From the human T2T-CHM13v2.0 reference genome, Homo sapiens: 64,000 bases of DNA. Made by a program: the position numbers and the translations under genes. The DNA is taken from the NCBI RefSeq assembly GCF_009914755.1, contig NC_060939.1; one strand, given 5' to 3'. Shown here in pieces: positions 23,961 to 39,470 of the stretch. The notes under the pieces are model-generated. The model was not told the DNA's origin. It made no database searches and was given only the letters and a program-made list of their open reading frames with translations. Numbering within the stretch: position 1 is the stretch's first letter; each line of letters opens with the position of its first letter.

Positions 23961-25953
23961 ATAAAATACGAATGGCAACTCAAGTACATTTTGTATGATA
24001 ATTATGATGATTCTTTAACCCAGATACCCTTTTGCAACTATTCATTTATTCATTGTGCATTTATTGAGTGTGTACTGTTGAGCCTCATGAGAGCACCTAG
24101 AGAAATCAGTGGAAATGCATTGAGCTTAAGTTTTCCAATTTAACCGGGCTTTGATGATGAATAAAGAAACAAAAATGAAAAACACAGAATAGGCCAGGAG
24201 AGTTTATGTATCTTTTCTTAAGTAGGGCCAATCCATGCAGAGGAAGGGCCTCTAGTCTGGATAATCATACAGCATGCTGGAAAGTACTGCTGCTCTGTCA
24301 CCAATGAGAAAGCACCTGGCTCAAGAACAAACCAGGTTGTATACATTGGTGGGGCTGTGAAATGAATCAGTTGTTCCCTGAAACTGGTGGTGGCAGACAT
24401 GGTCTCTCGTCCTAGAAGGACAAACGACAAACTCACGTTCTCTAAAATCTGTCTCCCTTCTGCTTTCTCATGTTTTCTGCCCCTGGTTCTTGGGAAATGG
24501 CGAGAGAAGCAGTAGAACTGGGTTAAACGGATAAAGTAAATAAGCTTTGCTCTGGGATCACATTGTTTATTTTTTTCCCATCATTTCCCATCATGTCAAG
24601 TGATCCCTGGGATAAGACTGAGTGAGAGCTTGGGAAATCTAGGTTGAGCATGCATTTCTGACATTCCACAGAACCCCACTCCACTCCCATTTGCTCTTGC
24701 ACTGAAATGCTCCACTCATAAAAAAGGACAACAGAAAACAAAAAAGAGAAAGTCAACAAAACAAAGAGAGAGAAGATACAGGTTAAAAGAGGAAAGGAGA
24801 ACAGCATGAGGGTGAAGATGGACAGGTTCACAGAAACGGCAAACTCTAAATCCCTTTCATGTGCCAGAGGCTCCAGTCAAACTAAGATTTCTCTTTTCTG
24901 CACAGACAAACAGAGTTTTTCAATCACCAGTCTTGCTTATCCTGTTTCATTCCCTCCACTTAAAATGTGCTTCTGCCCATCACTGCTACACGTCTGAATA
25001 TCATCTCTCTCCTTTGAGGTCCAGGGCACACACAGCCACCTCCTCTATGGCAGTTCCTCTGATCTGTTGGCTGGAAGCAATCTGGCACCTGAGAACTTTC
25101 TAGTCTTTATCTGAACTCCTCCTATCATTCTTAAGACTTCCTACATTTCAATCAAATTACGTGCATATGTGTTGTTTCCCATTCTTGACTGTAAGCCTAT
25201 TGCTGGAAGACTCCATAACTAACAGGCTTTTGTGATCCTCGATAGTGCCGAGACTAATCCTGCACATAATAGACCCTCAAATAGCTCAAGACCAACAGAC
25301 TGAAGGTTTTAGCTCAGTCGGGCCGCCCTCTACACATGGCTTTCTCTGCCTCCAAGTGCCAATAGCCTCACTCTCCTTTCTCTTTGGGGTCTGGAGTTGG
25401 TCATCACTCTCTGCTCTTACTAGATCCCACAGAATGCACTTCCCTTCTTGTTTCCAATTTATCCAAAGTTGCACACCTTTAAAGTCTCAATTTAAATAGC
25501 ACCTTCTTACAAAAGACCTTCCCTACTTAAAATAATCGCTTCCTTCTGAGCCCTGCAGTCACTCTTTATCCCCTTCATAAAACACTCAACATCGTCAAAT
25601 ATTCTCTTATTTGTTGGTGTATTCGCTACTTGTCTTCTCCAACCAGAACGTGTGTTCTGCAGAAACAGGGCTCTGTTTCCTTCATGGCTTTATCCTTGTA
25701 TTTGATGTTCAGGAAATATGTGTTGCATAAACAAGTGATTCTCCACCTTCAGTCCTGCGCTCTTCCCTCTACACCATGTCATCTGTCACAATAGCCCGGG
25801 ATTATTTCCTTTCCATTTGCAGCAACATCTTCAAACCCAGAGTAGAGATCAGTCAACTCTATCCGTATCAAATCCATATCAACTCTTTGTACCAAATAGA
25901 GTCCCAAAATTGATTTTGATGCCTTAAAAGGAAAATTAAAGAGTCAAGGAGTA

Positions 25954-26065
25954 GTGTGTGTGTGTGTGTGTGTGTGTCTGTGTGTCTGTGTGTGTATGTG
26001 TGTGTTTGTATAGGGGTGGGGGAGAGGCAGGGAAGAGAAGCGGGAGGAGGAGGAGAGAGAGAGAA
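25954..26065. repeat. (TG)n microsatellite followed by a GA-rich tract
   Basis: Direct reading of the sequence. Confidence 0.9.
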
Positions 26066-27085
26066 CAGGAGGAGACAGGGAAATTCTCCAGGGCTGCAGC
26101 TGTACTGAGAGCTCCATGTGGGCCTCTGATAAGGAGCAACAGGCCTGAGCACATGCAAAGCCTGGTGAATTGCTGTCTGAATTGGATTAAAGATGGCAGT
26201 CCTCTGGTAACTCACAGAGCAATGCAAACTCTTCAAAGACCTGTACCTTAAAGAAACAACAAAGTAAAACTAGTCATAATTTAATAATAAATACATAAAT
26301 AAATAATAAATACATTTAATAAATAACCCTGCAAAAATTTAAAACCAAACAACTATTTTGAAAAAAATTAAATAGGAATACCATATGTAGTGTATATTCC
26401 GTAAACACTTTACAATCTATTCTGTTTCAGAAGAAGTTTCACATTCTCTATTAAATTTACTGCTTGAAAGTATACGATTTCACCTTTAAAATATCACATT
26501 TCATAATTTCACATTTAAAATATTTTAAAATTTCAATATAAAAGATTTCAAGTTCTTATAATCCTTAGTCATTTTCAAAACAATCAATTTTGGACATAAA
26601 AATTATTGTCCATTTTTTGTTCCATAAACTACTCTTTCTGCATAGAGCTGGTCCCTGCCTGCTAGATGTTTGTATAAACCCTTGTTCTGAGCTTTCTCTG
26701 TTTAGAAAAGACAGGATTAAGTTAAACCGTCATTTCACCATTGTGTATTCACTGTTCCCCACTTCAAATTTCCCATGTACATCATTGTAAGGGCATTCCC
26801 GGGAGTTTTCCAACAATAATAAGCTGTAGTTCTCCAGGCTGCAAGTCCTAAGGGGAGGAAGGAACCTTGCCCAGCACTGAGCAAATTAATGGCACTCAAA
26901 ACTATCAGGTTGTCTGGCTGGGTGAACTCAGGGCTTCCTCAAGAGGCTAAATAACTCCCTTCTATCATATTGTTTTCTTTCCATATAAAAGAAGTTATGG
27001 CCTGTTGGCAGGCTCATAATTTTTATACTGTGTTAACTGGATAACTACAAGGACCTTTTGCTCTTTAAAAACTGCTTCTTAGAAG

Positions 27086-27678
<593 letters not shown>

Positions 27679-28799
27679 GGGAAACAACAACAAACTGTTT
27701 CTGGATGAATGCAAAGGGGGAATTAAGCCCCTGGAATTAGCACTGACCACAACAGGTGTTTGGAGGGAAACATCATAGTTTCAAATGAGAAAAATGGGAC
27801 AGGAACAGACCTGAGCAACTCTGTCTATTCATACATAGGGCAATGAAACCAATCGCTACTGAAAAAGGATCAATGGTTAAAGATGAACACCACACCTGTG
27901 TAAGTGATAAGGTGACTCTTTAGCAAACCTAGGTAATTTATATAAAGTGTTGTTTTTATTCTTGTCAAATCCTTTATTTGTACTGCACCTAAAATCGTTG
28001 TATATTCCATAGAGATATTGTTCACCAGAAATCCTTGAAACCCCTGAAGTGACCACATTATCATCATTTTTGGAGAGGAAGAAACTCCACGCTGCAGATA
28101 TCCCAACAATGGACCATGGCATCTATCCCTCACCCTGACAATGAGGATGCAACTCAAGAAGGGTCACATACTGCTGAGGATAACTTGACTTTTCAGGGAG
28201 TCTCTGTGCTGAGCCCTTCTGTGTGAGCAGGTTCATGGCTATGCCCAGATCTCCAGGGGTGGTTTTAAAAGGGGGAGCTTCACAGAATCTGCATAAAAAT
28301 TGTGCCTGTCAAAGTGATTTGCCATATCTTGAATTAAGATCACTTTTGTGTTTGGGCCAATACAACTTTAAATTTTTCCTTTAAACGAAATAAACACAGT
28401 AGTATGTTTTGAACTGTCCTCTTACATATCTTCCAAACAAATTCTAATCATGACCTTCAGATGAATCCATTTTATGTCCCAGTTGTGGATCCAAAAAAAG
28501 TTACCAAAGAATGAGGATGCAGAGAGTATTACATAGAATATCGAGCTCAATGAGTGTTTGTTTTCGTTTTTGTTTTTTTTTCTTAATGCAGCATAGCAGC
28601 ATGGTGTAGGTTGATGTGCACAGGACTGGGCTCAGGAGACTTGGAGTTAGTTTCATATTTGCCGTGAGTTTAAAGTTTCACTTTCCCAAGAAACAAGAGG
28701 TTGCATCAACTAAAATAAATTTATTTCATGTCTTTGCTTTTGCGATAGTTTTTGCAGGTGGGTGGGAGGCTCCAAAGCCAGTGGGCCTGCAGTTGTATC

Positions 28800-28995
28800 A
28801 TGATCTCTGCCGCTTATTAACCTATACACGGTATGAATTTGCCCTCTGCCAAAGACTAAACTATACTCAGCTTCCAAATCTGTTAAATGGAGTCAATAAC
28901 CATATGTATCTCTTTTAGGGGACTTGTGAAGATTAAACTAGTGTTTAGGCAGCACTGGCACTAGTAAGTACCCTACAGATATTAGCTACTGATAT
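28800..28995 (-). mobile_element. MIR
   Basis: 'ctcagcttccaaatctgttaaatggag...ttgtgaagattaaa...ctggcactagtaagtac'. Confidence 0.65.
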
Positions 28996-31289
28996 TTTAA
29001 TTATTATTATTTTGTCTTCATTGAGGAAAGCTGAACAAAAGCTTCTCATGGTGAGGGAAAAATTCAGGCAGAATGATTGTATAAGTGCACACATAGGCAT
29101 GGGCTTGACTAGTAAGGTTTTTGAGTAGGGGCTTCAGTTTTCTGATACCTGAATGCAGCCTTGAAATGCTGCACAAGCTTTCACAAATGCAACCTTCTTC
29201 CCAGGGAAGTCACTTCTTTCCGGATAAGCAAGTCAGGCCCCATCCAGTGGCAGCACTCCAAGTGAAGCCTCTTTTTTTGGTGTGATAGTAGTCTGAAATA
29301 AGCATTTCAATTAGATTCATTAAGACAGTTATTACTTGGTAATTGAATAGCAACAGATTGCAAAGGAACACTTATTGAGGTCTAATAAGTATGTAGGAGA
29401 GAAATCTTCTCCTTCTGTAATTCCATCAGCTATAAACCAGTGTAATTAGATTCTCACTAACACATTCAAATTGAAGGGAATGTTGAGGCATATAATTGGC
29501 ACTTAGGAAGATACCTGTATTATGTTAGGGTGCCTTCCATTTACATACTTATTAAGTGTCAGTTTAAGCTGTTAAATAATTGAGACTAGTGGACAGTAGT
29601 AGGTCAAATAGTTAAGCAAGAATTAAATTCTTAAACATATTAATAAATCAGGGTCTGATATAGCTTAAAATACAAAATGCAACTTTATTATGTCCATAAC
29701 TTTGCATCAATACACATACTATTTTGATGCTTCTCATGAAAAAATTCACGACTCTGAATTGATTTTCTCAAGTATAATAGGTACATTTACTTATTTACTC
29801 ATTCATTCATTCAGTTGTAATTATCCTTTGAGAAACCACTATTTGAAAAATAAAAGCATGTTACTTGCCATCAATTTGATGATGGAGGTAATTGTTCTAT
29901 ATGAAAAATCTATAATTGGTCTCACAAGCAAAGTGTGCTTGGAGAGCAAAATCACAAGAAACAAACAAATTATCTTCATATTATCTCTTTTAAGTGGGAC
30001 ACTATTCTCTCTAGAATTTCAATTTCCCATCAGTGATACAACTAGGTATTTGCACCTCCCAAATCAAAGTACAAACTTCAACAATGGATCCTTATTCCTC
30101 ATTATTTTCAATGCAAAAAGATTACCTGGTGCTAAGTGTATATAGCAAGTTAAATTAAGTACTTATAAAACCTCATATAACTTTTTGTAATTAAAATGTA
30201 TTTAGTTGTTGGAGAACTTATCTTTAATTCAGTTATATTAATAAACAACCAAAATATAGATAATCTAGTTTATCTTTTATTGAAACCAACCATGAGACAA
30301 TGTAATTTCATTTTAAATATAAGAGTCTACCCAAATCCAATCCCACAGAAAATTTATAGGAAAACACAGGAAAGCAAAAATTGCTGCACATCTGTGGTTG
30401 TTGTAAATGATTCAGACTCTGCATTTGTAAGACAGAAGACTCACTCAATAGATGACTGGGGCAAAGTGCCACTTTTGTTATAAAAGCCTCTGTAAGGCAA
30501 AGAAAAGCCAATCGTTACTACCACGTCTGCTGCTACACTCACACCAGAAAGTGGGACTGGATTAGATCCATTTTTGAGGTACTGCTAATGAGAAAAAGAG
30601 AAAATGTCTTCTTTACTATTCTGGCACAATTTTGATTTTATTATCAGAGCCCTGGTAATACCACCACCTTATATTTATAAATCCAACTCCTTATCTAGCA
30701 GACCAACCTCTCCCCTCTCCCTCTTTGTCACAGATACCATCGTCTCCCTCGTCTTTCATGCCCACTATCATGGGCCTGCATCTGACTCTACCCTTTTCTC
30801 CCTGTCACTAAGAAATGGGTGTCACTAAGCCTTGTCACTTTTCCCCTGCAACATCTCTAAAGCTCCATCTCAGCTCTCTATGTCTCTAAAATCTTTACCT
30901 ATGTTTTATCCTGTGTGAAGACATAAAATGGGCTTATGTGACAAACTGGGATTTATCTTGAATATAAGGGATAATTTCTTGACCATGAAACATTAGAAAA
31001 GGCTCCTGAGAGAGTCTGCTGTGATGTTTAAAAATGAGAGACTCACCTTGGACGGGAATCATTTTAAATTTTCTGAACCCCGACTCTACTCATCTACTTA
31101 CTTGGAATCATTCTTCTCTCCCAGATGCCGCCCTCACACCCTAGTTCCTTCAGTTCTTATTCCTGCCTTCATTATTTCTCCCTCAACTAAGTACATGAAT
31201 TTATTTACTGCTGATACCTTAGAATTTCCTCACACATTCTCATGAACATCCTACTAGACAATCACTTCAATGACTATTGTAATAGAGGC

Positions 31290-31530
31290 TAACATGTATT
31301 AAGCTCTCACAATATGACAGGCTCTGTCATAAGTGTCATAAGCATTTTGCATACATTGTCTTGTTTAATCTCACAGCAAACATGTAAGGCAGTTATTAGC
31401 ATTATCCCCATTTTCCAGTTTGAGGAAATGAGACTTAGGTTAAACAACTGGTACAAGTTTACGTGGTTATTAAGGGTAAAACCTGGGTTTACACGTAGAA
31501 AGTCTGACATCAGAGTCCCTCTCTTTTAAC
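31290..31530 (+). mobile_element. MIR
   Basis: 'ttaatctcacagcaaac...attatccccattttccagtttgaggaaatgagact'. Confidence 0.8.
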
Positions 31531-33429
31531 TTTCAGGGCACCAAGAAAGCTACTTTATTAAATTTCAGGCTTGTTTCCAATAGAGCAGATATTTGCTGCT
31601 TACCTATGCAGTATTCATTCCCACTCTTTTTTAAAAAAACTTTACCCAGAATTTTCATGGAAAAAAAAAATCACTCATCCCCAAACTGTCCTGAGTGCTT
31701 GTTAAGAAACGGAACTTACTCAAAGCTCCAACCAGCCCTCGTTGGTTGAAGCCAAACACGACATTCCACTTCCTTGTCAGTTATAGCAGTGGGCATTGAC
31801 GTGTCTGAGCCTTGCAATTCTTGCTTAGAATGCTGGGATTGAGGTGTTCTTTCTGTTGCTGAATGTGAAAAAGGAAACATGCCAACTGCTACTGGCATCC
31901 ATCTATGACCACAAGAAGAACCAGTCTTGAAATAAAACTGCTATATTCTCAGTCTGATTGCTAGGGAAATATTTATTTATATATATAAAAGGCTACCATC
32001 CAGAAGGCAGAATAGAGACATTAAGAGAAACTGGTCGAGTTGTTTCAAAGCCCACCTAACCCTTGCATTTCTTCTAATGCAGCCCAGTGAATCTCCTTTA
32101 TTGCCTTAAGACAACTTGAGTTGGGCTATTTCAAGGGTGGAAATGCATCCCTGTTTGCCTAGGGCCGTCCAAGCCTACACACCTGCTGTCATGGTATAAT
32201 TGTTAGTAGTGTCAAAGTGTCCTCATCTGTATAATAAATCCTACAGCCACCCTAGTTTTTGTGTAACTAGGAACAAGTCCTAATGAATGCATTCAATTCT
32301 CCTTCATCCAGTTTGATTTCTTTTTTTGGGCTTTTGGCTAATATCCTGCAACTTGATATAAAAAGATAAAAAAAATTAACCGCCCCCCCGCCACTCTGAT
32401 AAATGAGTCATGGTGAATTTGACACATCAAATTCCTGAACCCTTCTTACTTTTGCCCAGCTAAGGAAAGTTGTCTTCCTGCCCAGATGAAAAAGTCATCT
32501 GAGAATCTGAGATTCAGTGAGTTCCTGCCTGCTATAAGCCACACCTCAACTTAGCTCATCACTGCTCACAAGCATCTATACCAGAAATCTAGAAGCATCT
32601 TATCCATGTTCATTTTGTCAGCAGGTGAGCATTAGGCTGTTTCTTGCTGCTCTATAAACAGTCAAATATATCCCTTAGAATAGAAACAACTATGCATCAC
32701 TGAACATCATATTGATGTCCTCAGCATAGTACATCAATGCAGGCACCCTGGCAGCCAGACAGAAAAGGTGTTCTTGGCATCTGACTCAGAGCTGGAACGG
32801 TGTACTAAGTTAACTACAGAGCCCTGGTAGAAATGCTAATTTTAGCAGGGAAACAGAAAGAGAAAATGAGGAGAAAATAGTTCTAACAGAGACTAATAAT
32901 TGAGAACTTTGGGATTTATTCTGAAATGCAGCACAGGGTTTAGGATGTGAGCTTTGGGGAAGAGAAAACTTAATGATTACAAAGAAAAAATAAGGAAGAC
33001 TAAAGTAATGTAATTACTCATGCATTTCCCATCCTTGAATAATTCCTTCCTCTCAAATTCTAAGAAGAGCTTTGAAAAGATGTACTTTTTTCTCCTGATC
33101 AAATCTCATCTCCTAATATTTTATAAAACTTTAAAATAGCGATCATGGCAACCAATAAAGTACATGAAACAGGGTGTCCTGCCTGGGCAGAGAATGGAGC
33201 TCCATTATTTTGAGTGTACCCCTTTGCATGTAGTAATTGAATCTAGTTGGGGAAAACTTGAAACTCATCTAATGAGGCTGGTTGGTCTCAAGGTCCCCAC
33301 AGATCTGCACCCAGTGGAAAGAGTCTAGAGAGGAGGATGAGAAGCGGAACTGCTCTTAAAAGGGGATGGGAGCTCTGAACACAGCCTGGAGGACCCTATA
33401 ATATTTGTCCTTAACTAGGGCTCCAGGAA

Positions 33430-33870
33430 TCTATGTTGCATGATAGGGTATTCCAAAACATGGTAAGTTAAAATAAGGATCATTTTATATGGGTCAAGAA
33501 TTGGCTGATTTCTTTGCATCATGTGGAGTTGACTGGGGTCGCTGGTATTCAAGTGGTGACTGGGCTGGGCTGGAGGGTCTACGGGCTTCACTCCACATGC
33601 CTCAGTCCTCTTCCTCTTCATGTAGGCTCAGAGCCTCTCCACAAACTTTCTCAAACAGGGTACTAGTCAGGCACAGTGCTCAAAGAAGCCAAGGCAGTGG
33701 CTACCAGTCCTCTTAAAGGCTAGGCTTACATCTAACATAGATTCACTTGCACTATACTCTATTGGTGAAACACTCACAGGCCAGCCCAGATTCACGGGGA
33801 GGGCAAATAGCCACCACCTCTCCATAAGAAGCCTGTGAAAGAACTTGCCACCATCTCTAATCTGCTGCAT
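33430..33870 (-). mobile_element. Old MLT1 LTR
   Basis: 'tcacaggccagcccagattcacggg...ccacctctc', 'gcttcactccacatgcctc'. Confidence 0.65.
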
Positions 33871-34500
33871 CCAGCTACAGTGGCAGTGTGTATGCATGTG
33901 TGCATACATGTTTATGTACCTTGAAAGGATTACATATCTCTAAATACTTGAGAGCTATTCATGCAACCTTGCTCTGGGAGCCTACCTTCCTTTCCAAACT
34001 AAAAGTGAAGCCATTTTCCCCCTTTTACTTCAAAAGTATTGCCCTAGGAATGTCTGGTACACCGCTTTAAACCTCAGGTAGTGAAGAGATAGTCACTGTT
34101 ATAGTGATGCAAGCAGATTTCCGCCCTCAGAACTCTGAGAAACTGCTTGTCTATGGGCTACTAATACAGGCTTAGATCTACCACCTAGAGAAAAAGAAGA
34201 GCTGGATCGCTAATTGCTGTGATATTTTAAGGCTCAAGCTGAGTTTCTGCAGGAAATCCTGCCTTCCTCCCTCTTCTTCTGACTTTGCAAGAGTGGTGAT
34301 TAGGATCTCTGGCATCAGGGCTTGAGGTAGGCTTCCAGTTTCATTGACATGGAGAACAGCTAATGTTCAATTACTGCAGGATTCGGGGAACAGTAGTAGA
34401 GACTGGAGCCATATTCTAGAATCCTAACAGTCTCTCTCTAGAAACATCAGGGCAAGGCTTCAGAGTCTCCAGGAAATACTGAGTACAAAATTGAAAAGCA

Positions 34501-34666
34501 GGCCAGTCACAGTGGCTCTTGTCTGTTATCCCAGAGCTTTGGAAGGCCGAAGTGGGAAGATCACTTGAGCCCAGGAGCTGAGGCTGCAGTGAGCTATTAT
34601 TGTACCACTGCACTCATGTCTGGGCAACAAAGCAAGAGCCTGTCTATTTAAAAAAAAAAAAAAAAG
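34501..34666 (+). mobile_element. Free Alu monomer (FAM/FRAM-like)
   Basis: Single ~150-bp monomer ggccagtcacagtggct...gagcctgtct plus poly-A. Confidence 0.85.
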
Positions 34667-35567
34667 ATAAGGCATAACAAGTCCAATTACCCTGGAGTGG
34701 GATGGGGCATGCAGTTAAATATAAGCTAATGGATTTAGGTGTTAAAAATTTGTGCTTACTGGCTGGTAAAGCCTGAGATGGGCATTATATATATATATAT
34801 GTATGTATGTATATATCTACACACACACACATAGTGAAAAAATCATTAAAGTAAAACATCAGCTAGCTATCGATACTTGACTTAGCAAAAGGAAAGATGA
34901 ACATTATGAGAGAGTGATGCAAAATAATCCCTTTTATTCTGTTCCATCTGCCTTACTTCACTTAAACAGTTTGTGTTTCAGTCCCAGTAGGGAGTGGTAG
35001 TAAGTATTCGTGAGCTCCAGTTACGAGGTTTTTGTAGAGGTCCCTGGGGCATCCACACAAGAGTTCTGCTTCATGCTGTAAACTGGGGCTGAGCAACCCT
35101 AGAATTCTTTTTTCCCTTGGGTTGTAAGTGCTTAAATTGTAGATCTGAAACTTGAAAGGAATGGAAATTCTTAATGGAAACATCATGTGTAATCATCTTT
35201 TGCTAGTGGCCTTTTCTGGTTTATTTCTCAGAAATATGAATACCGTATTTCACTATAAATGGTACTTTCATGAGGGAGAGAAATTATTAAAGAAAGAGAA
35301 GCTATTTGATCATCTTATTTTAAATTTCACTTTGAATTGTGGTATAACTCACTGTCCCTTAATAAAGTGAAAACTTTTAATAACAGTTGTTGTGAATTAA
35401 AATGCACTTAAGGCAATGCTGTGTTTAATTTTTTCTTTTCTTTCTCATTTTTAAGATGAATTTTTCAGACAAAAAAATCTATAATAGTTAGAGGCATTAT
35501 TTAAAGACAGCAACTGTAGCACTGAGAAAAGAATAAATGAAGTCAAAATGATCTTATTAAATTAGAC

Positions 35568-35750
35568 AGCTGTGGTGGTGTCTGTAGTCCTAGCTACTTG
35601 AGGTGGGTGGGAAGAGGTTGAGGTGGGAGGATTGAGGTGGGAGGATTGCTTGAGCCCAGGTGGTCAAGACTGCAGTGAGCTCTGATCGTGCCACTGCACT
35701 CAAGTCTCAGTGACAGAGTGAGACCCTGTCTCTTTAGTAAAAGAAATAAA
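35568..35750 (+). mobile_element. Alu right-arm monomer (FRAM/AluJ) with an internal tandem duplication
   Basis: 'tctgtagtcctagctact...ttgaggtgggagga ttgaggtgggagga ttgcttgagcccagg'; flanking gatcttatt TSD. Confidence 0.85.
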
Positions 35751-36149
35751 AGATCTTATTGACTGTCTTATTGACTAAATGTTCCAATGTACAGGAGGAC
35801 ACACTGAAAAACTGTAAATGTGTGTGGGGTATGTGTGTGTGTATTTGTGTGTATGCATGCATACACACATATATACGTATATATATATATATATAAGAAA
35901 ATATTAATAACCAATTTAGCCACCCCTTTTATGGAAGTAAATTTCTCAGATAACATGATGAATAGTTAATTCATCTTTTGAAAAGAAAATGAAAACAGAA
36001 AATATCGTTATTCATTGTATAGATAAAATTGGACATAGAGCATATCCTCAACTCATTAAAATTTTTTTGAAGAGTCTTGTAATAATTAGAAATATCAAGT
36101 TCACCTTAAGTGGAAACTCAGGGGTTTCTTTCACTCCATCCTTCAGAAA

Positions 36150-36545
36150 CAATAAGTCCTTTTTATGTGTCAGGCTCTGTGCTGAGTGTAAAACGAACTG
36201 GGCATGAAAAGATGAATAAAACCTAGCCCTTGACCTCAAGCTAACAATCTGCAGTAGGAAAGAGGCAGAAAACCATTACTGTGCAGTGAGATAGTTAAAC
36301 TGATAAGCACAGGAATAGGAGCACCTCCAAGGTATGTCTGTTATGGAATATGGACGTGGTGCTGAAGAGAGAGTGGCAAATTCTGCGGAAGGTGAGAGTT
36401 TTTTAGGTGGCAAGAAATGTGGAAAGATATCACAGACCTGAGTAGTATCTTAAAGTATAGCATACAGACAAGGTATGGAAGAGGGCAGAGGGCAAGAGGC
36501 TGTAATGATTCAGGGAAGATGTCATGATGCTCTGAATTAAGGAAG
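36150..36545 (-). mobile_element. L2 3' fragment
   Basis: 'tatgtgtcaggctctgtgctgag...agatgaataaaac...ccttgacctcaag'. Confidence 0.65.
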
Positions 36546-36549
36546 TACA

Positions 36550-37230
36550 CCTACTAAAATTGTTAAAAATAAGAAGACTGGCCTAACCAAGTTTTGGAAA
36601 GGATGTGGAAGCAACTGGAACTCTTAGATGCTACTGGTGGAAATGTAATTTAGGTGCAACCATTTTGAAATACAATTTTAGAGTTTATTTAAAAGTTAAA
36701 TATTTCACACCTAGGTATTTATCTAAGAGGGATAAGATCATACAAATATGTGTACACAAATCTTCATAGCAGCTTTGCTTGTAAAAGCCATAAACTGGAA
36801 ATGACTTAAATGTCCATCATCAGGTGATTGAATAAACAAACTGTGGTATATCCACAAAGTGGAATGCTACTAAGAAATTAAACAAAATGAGTTATTGATA
36901 CCCACAACATGAATGAATCTCAAAATAATTAAGCTGAATGGAAGAAGCCAGACAACAAAGAGTACACACTGAATCATTTCCTTTATATAATTTGAGAATA
37001 TGTAAAATAATCTATAGTGAAAGCAGATCAGTGTTTCCCTGGGGATGTGAAGGAGAAGTAGAAGGAATGACAAAGAAGCACAAGGAAACTTGGAGGTAAT
37101 GATTGTGTTCATTATCTCAATTATGGTCATTCTTTTCCAGCTGTAAACACATATCACATGTATCCAATAGTACCCCTCAAATATATGATGTTTATTGTAG
37201 GTCAGTGTTGCCTCAATAAGGCTACTAATT

Positions 37231-37260
<30 letters not shown>
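36550..37260 (+). mobile_element. Old L1M (L1MB/MC/ME-like) 3' end with (CAAAA)n tail
   Basis: 'ggatgtggaagcaactggaactct', 'aaatgtccatca...aaacaaactgtggtatatcca', 'atgaatctcaaaataatt'. Confidence 0.85.
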
Positions 37261-37261
<1 letters not shown>

Positions 37262-37880
37262 TACCTGGCAAGTGGAGATAAAAGTTTGCAGCACAGGAAA
37301 ACAATCTTAATTGAAGATAGCAATTGATACGTGAATAGTCCTTAAAAACTTTGGATGTAGATGAGTGTAGATGAGGGAAAGGAAAACAGAATCCTATGGG
37401 AACGCTGACAGGGGACTGGCAGAGCAAGAGGACTCACGATGAAGGCAGGGAAGTCACTGCAAGAAACATCTCTTTATTTCTTAGGTTGTGGTCTTGTTTT
37501 TATCATCCTTTCTTAGTTGGACAACCCATAGCATAGTTTTGAAATCTATTCTCCAACACTTTTGCTCTCAAGTTAGGAAGGTAGACTTCCCAGATGGGTC
37601 ACTCTGTCTACATGGGACACTGGCTCTGATCTTGAGTGAACTATCCCTAAATAAAAAATGAAACCAGGAGAAGAATTTTTCCTTTTCTTGGGCAAATCAG
37701 TGATTTTATTGATTAAACCTCATTTCTTTTTCACATGACACCACAGACTCATTCATTTACCTGTAAGGTGGGCAGTTTGGGTTCTCCACCTTGAACTACA
37801 ATGGCAAGAGTAGGAGCAGATAGCCCTGATTCCTCCCCACAGCATCACCTGCTGCCCCAGCATGCTGGAATTATGGTTGA

Positions 37881-38258
<378 letters not shown>

Positions 38259-38287
38259 TAACATTCTCTTTGGCATTATAAATATTA

Positions 38288-38683
<396 letters not shown>

Positions 38684-38839
38684 CTATAATGTATGAACAA
38701 AATAGATGAGGTAATTGCTCTCTAAAGCTCATATTCCAGTGGTGATATATACAGGAGCAAAGAAAAAGAAACATTAACAAGATGATTCCAGTAGCAACAG
38801 GCCTAGAGAACATTATAATATGAGGTTGGTATGACAACT

Positions 38840-39470
38840 TGCTTCAGATAACGTGGTCAGAGGAGGTTCTGTCTTTGGACAAAATCTTTGAGGTCTGTTC
38901 AAAGATTATGCTTCAGCAGAGAAAGTTAGCCACGTGATCCTGGAAAGAGAGTTTCAGATGGAGAGAAGAGGCCACAATGAGGCCCATCGATGGGAGGAGC
39001 CCATGGGGCTGGAGTAGAGTGAGTGAGTTGAGAAGTTTTCATTCATTTAATGAATGAATAGGAAGACATAGAGGTAGAGAAGGAGACAAAGGTCAAAGTT
39101 CATGATGTTCTGTTTGGATTTTGAGTGTTTTTAAATGGGGAAGGGGAGAGATTACAGTGATAATCTGAGAAGTGATTTTGAGAAGATCACTCTGGCTTCT
39201 TTGTGAAGGGCAAGACTGGTAGTAGGGAGGCCAGTTGGGGACAGCTATAACCTAGAGATGGTGGATCAGAGCAGTGTTGATAAACAGGAAGTGCAGTGTG
39301 CACACGTAAGACATATTCTGGAAAAAGAGCTGACAGGCCTTGCTGATGGACTGGATGTGGGCGTAATGGAAGGCGGCATTCGGGAATGAATTCTGCCTGG
39401 GATTTCAACATGAGCAACTACATCGGTGATGATGCTTTATCCTGAATTGGGAAAGCTCCATGAGGGAGAA
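38840..39470 (-). mobile_element. L2 fragment
   Basis: 'aagatcactctggct', 'tgacaggccttgctgatggactggatgtgg', 'tgagcaact'. Confidence 0.7.

Noticed and set aside
26276-26326. Repeated aataataaatacat with several AATAAA
   Set aside because: AT-rich low-complexity slippage with no linked transcript.
29690-30145. 151-aa plus-strand ORF
   Set aside because: AT-rich, Ile/Leu/Ser-biased, no recognisable domain or exon structure; likely chance.
36870-37427. 185-aa minus-strand ORF
   Set aside because: Antisense reading of a degenerate L1 3' end and its tail; low complexity, no domain.
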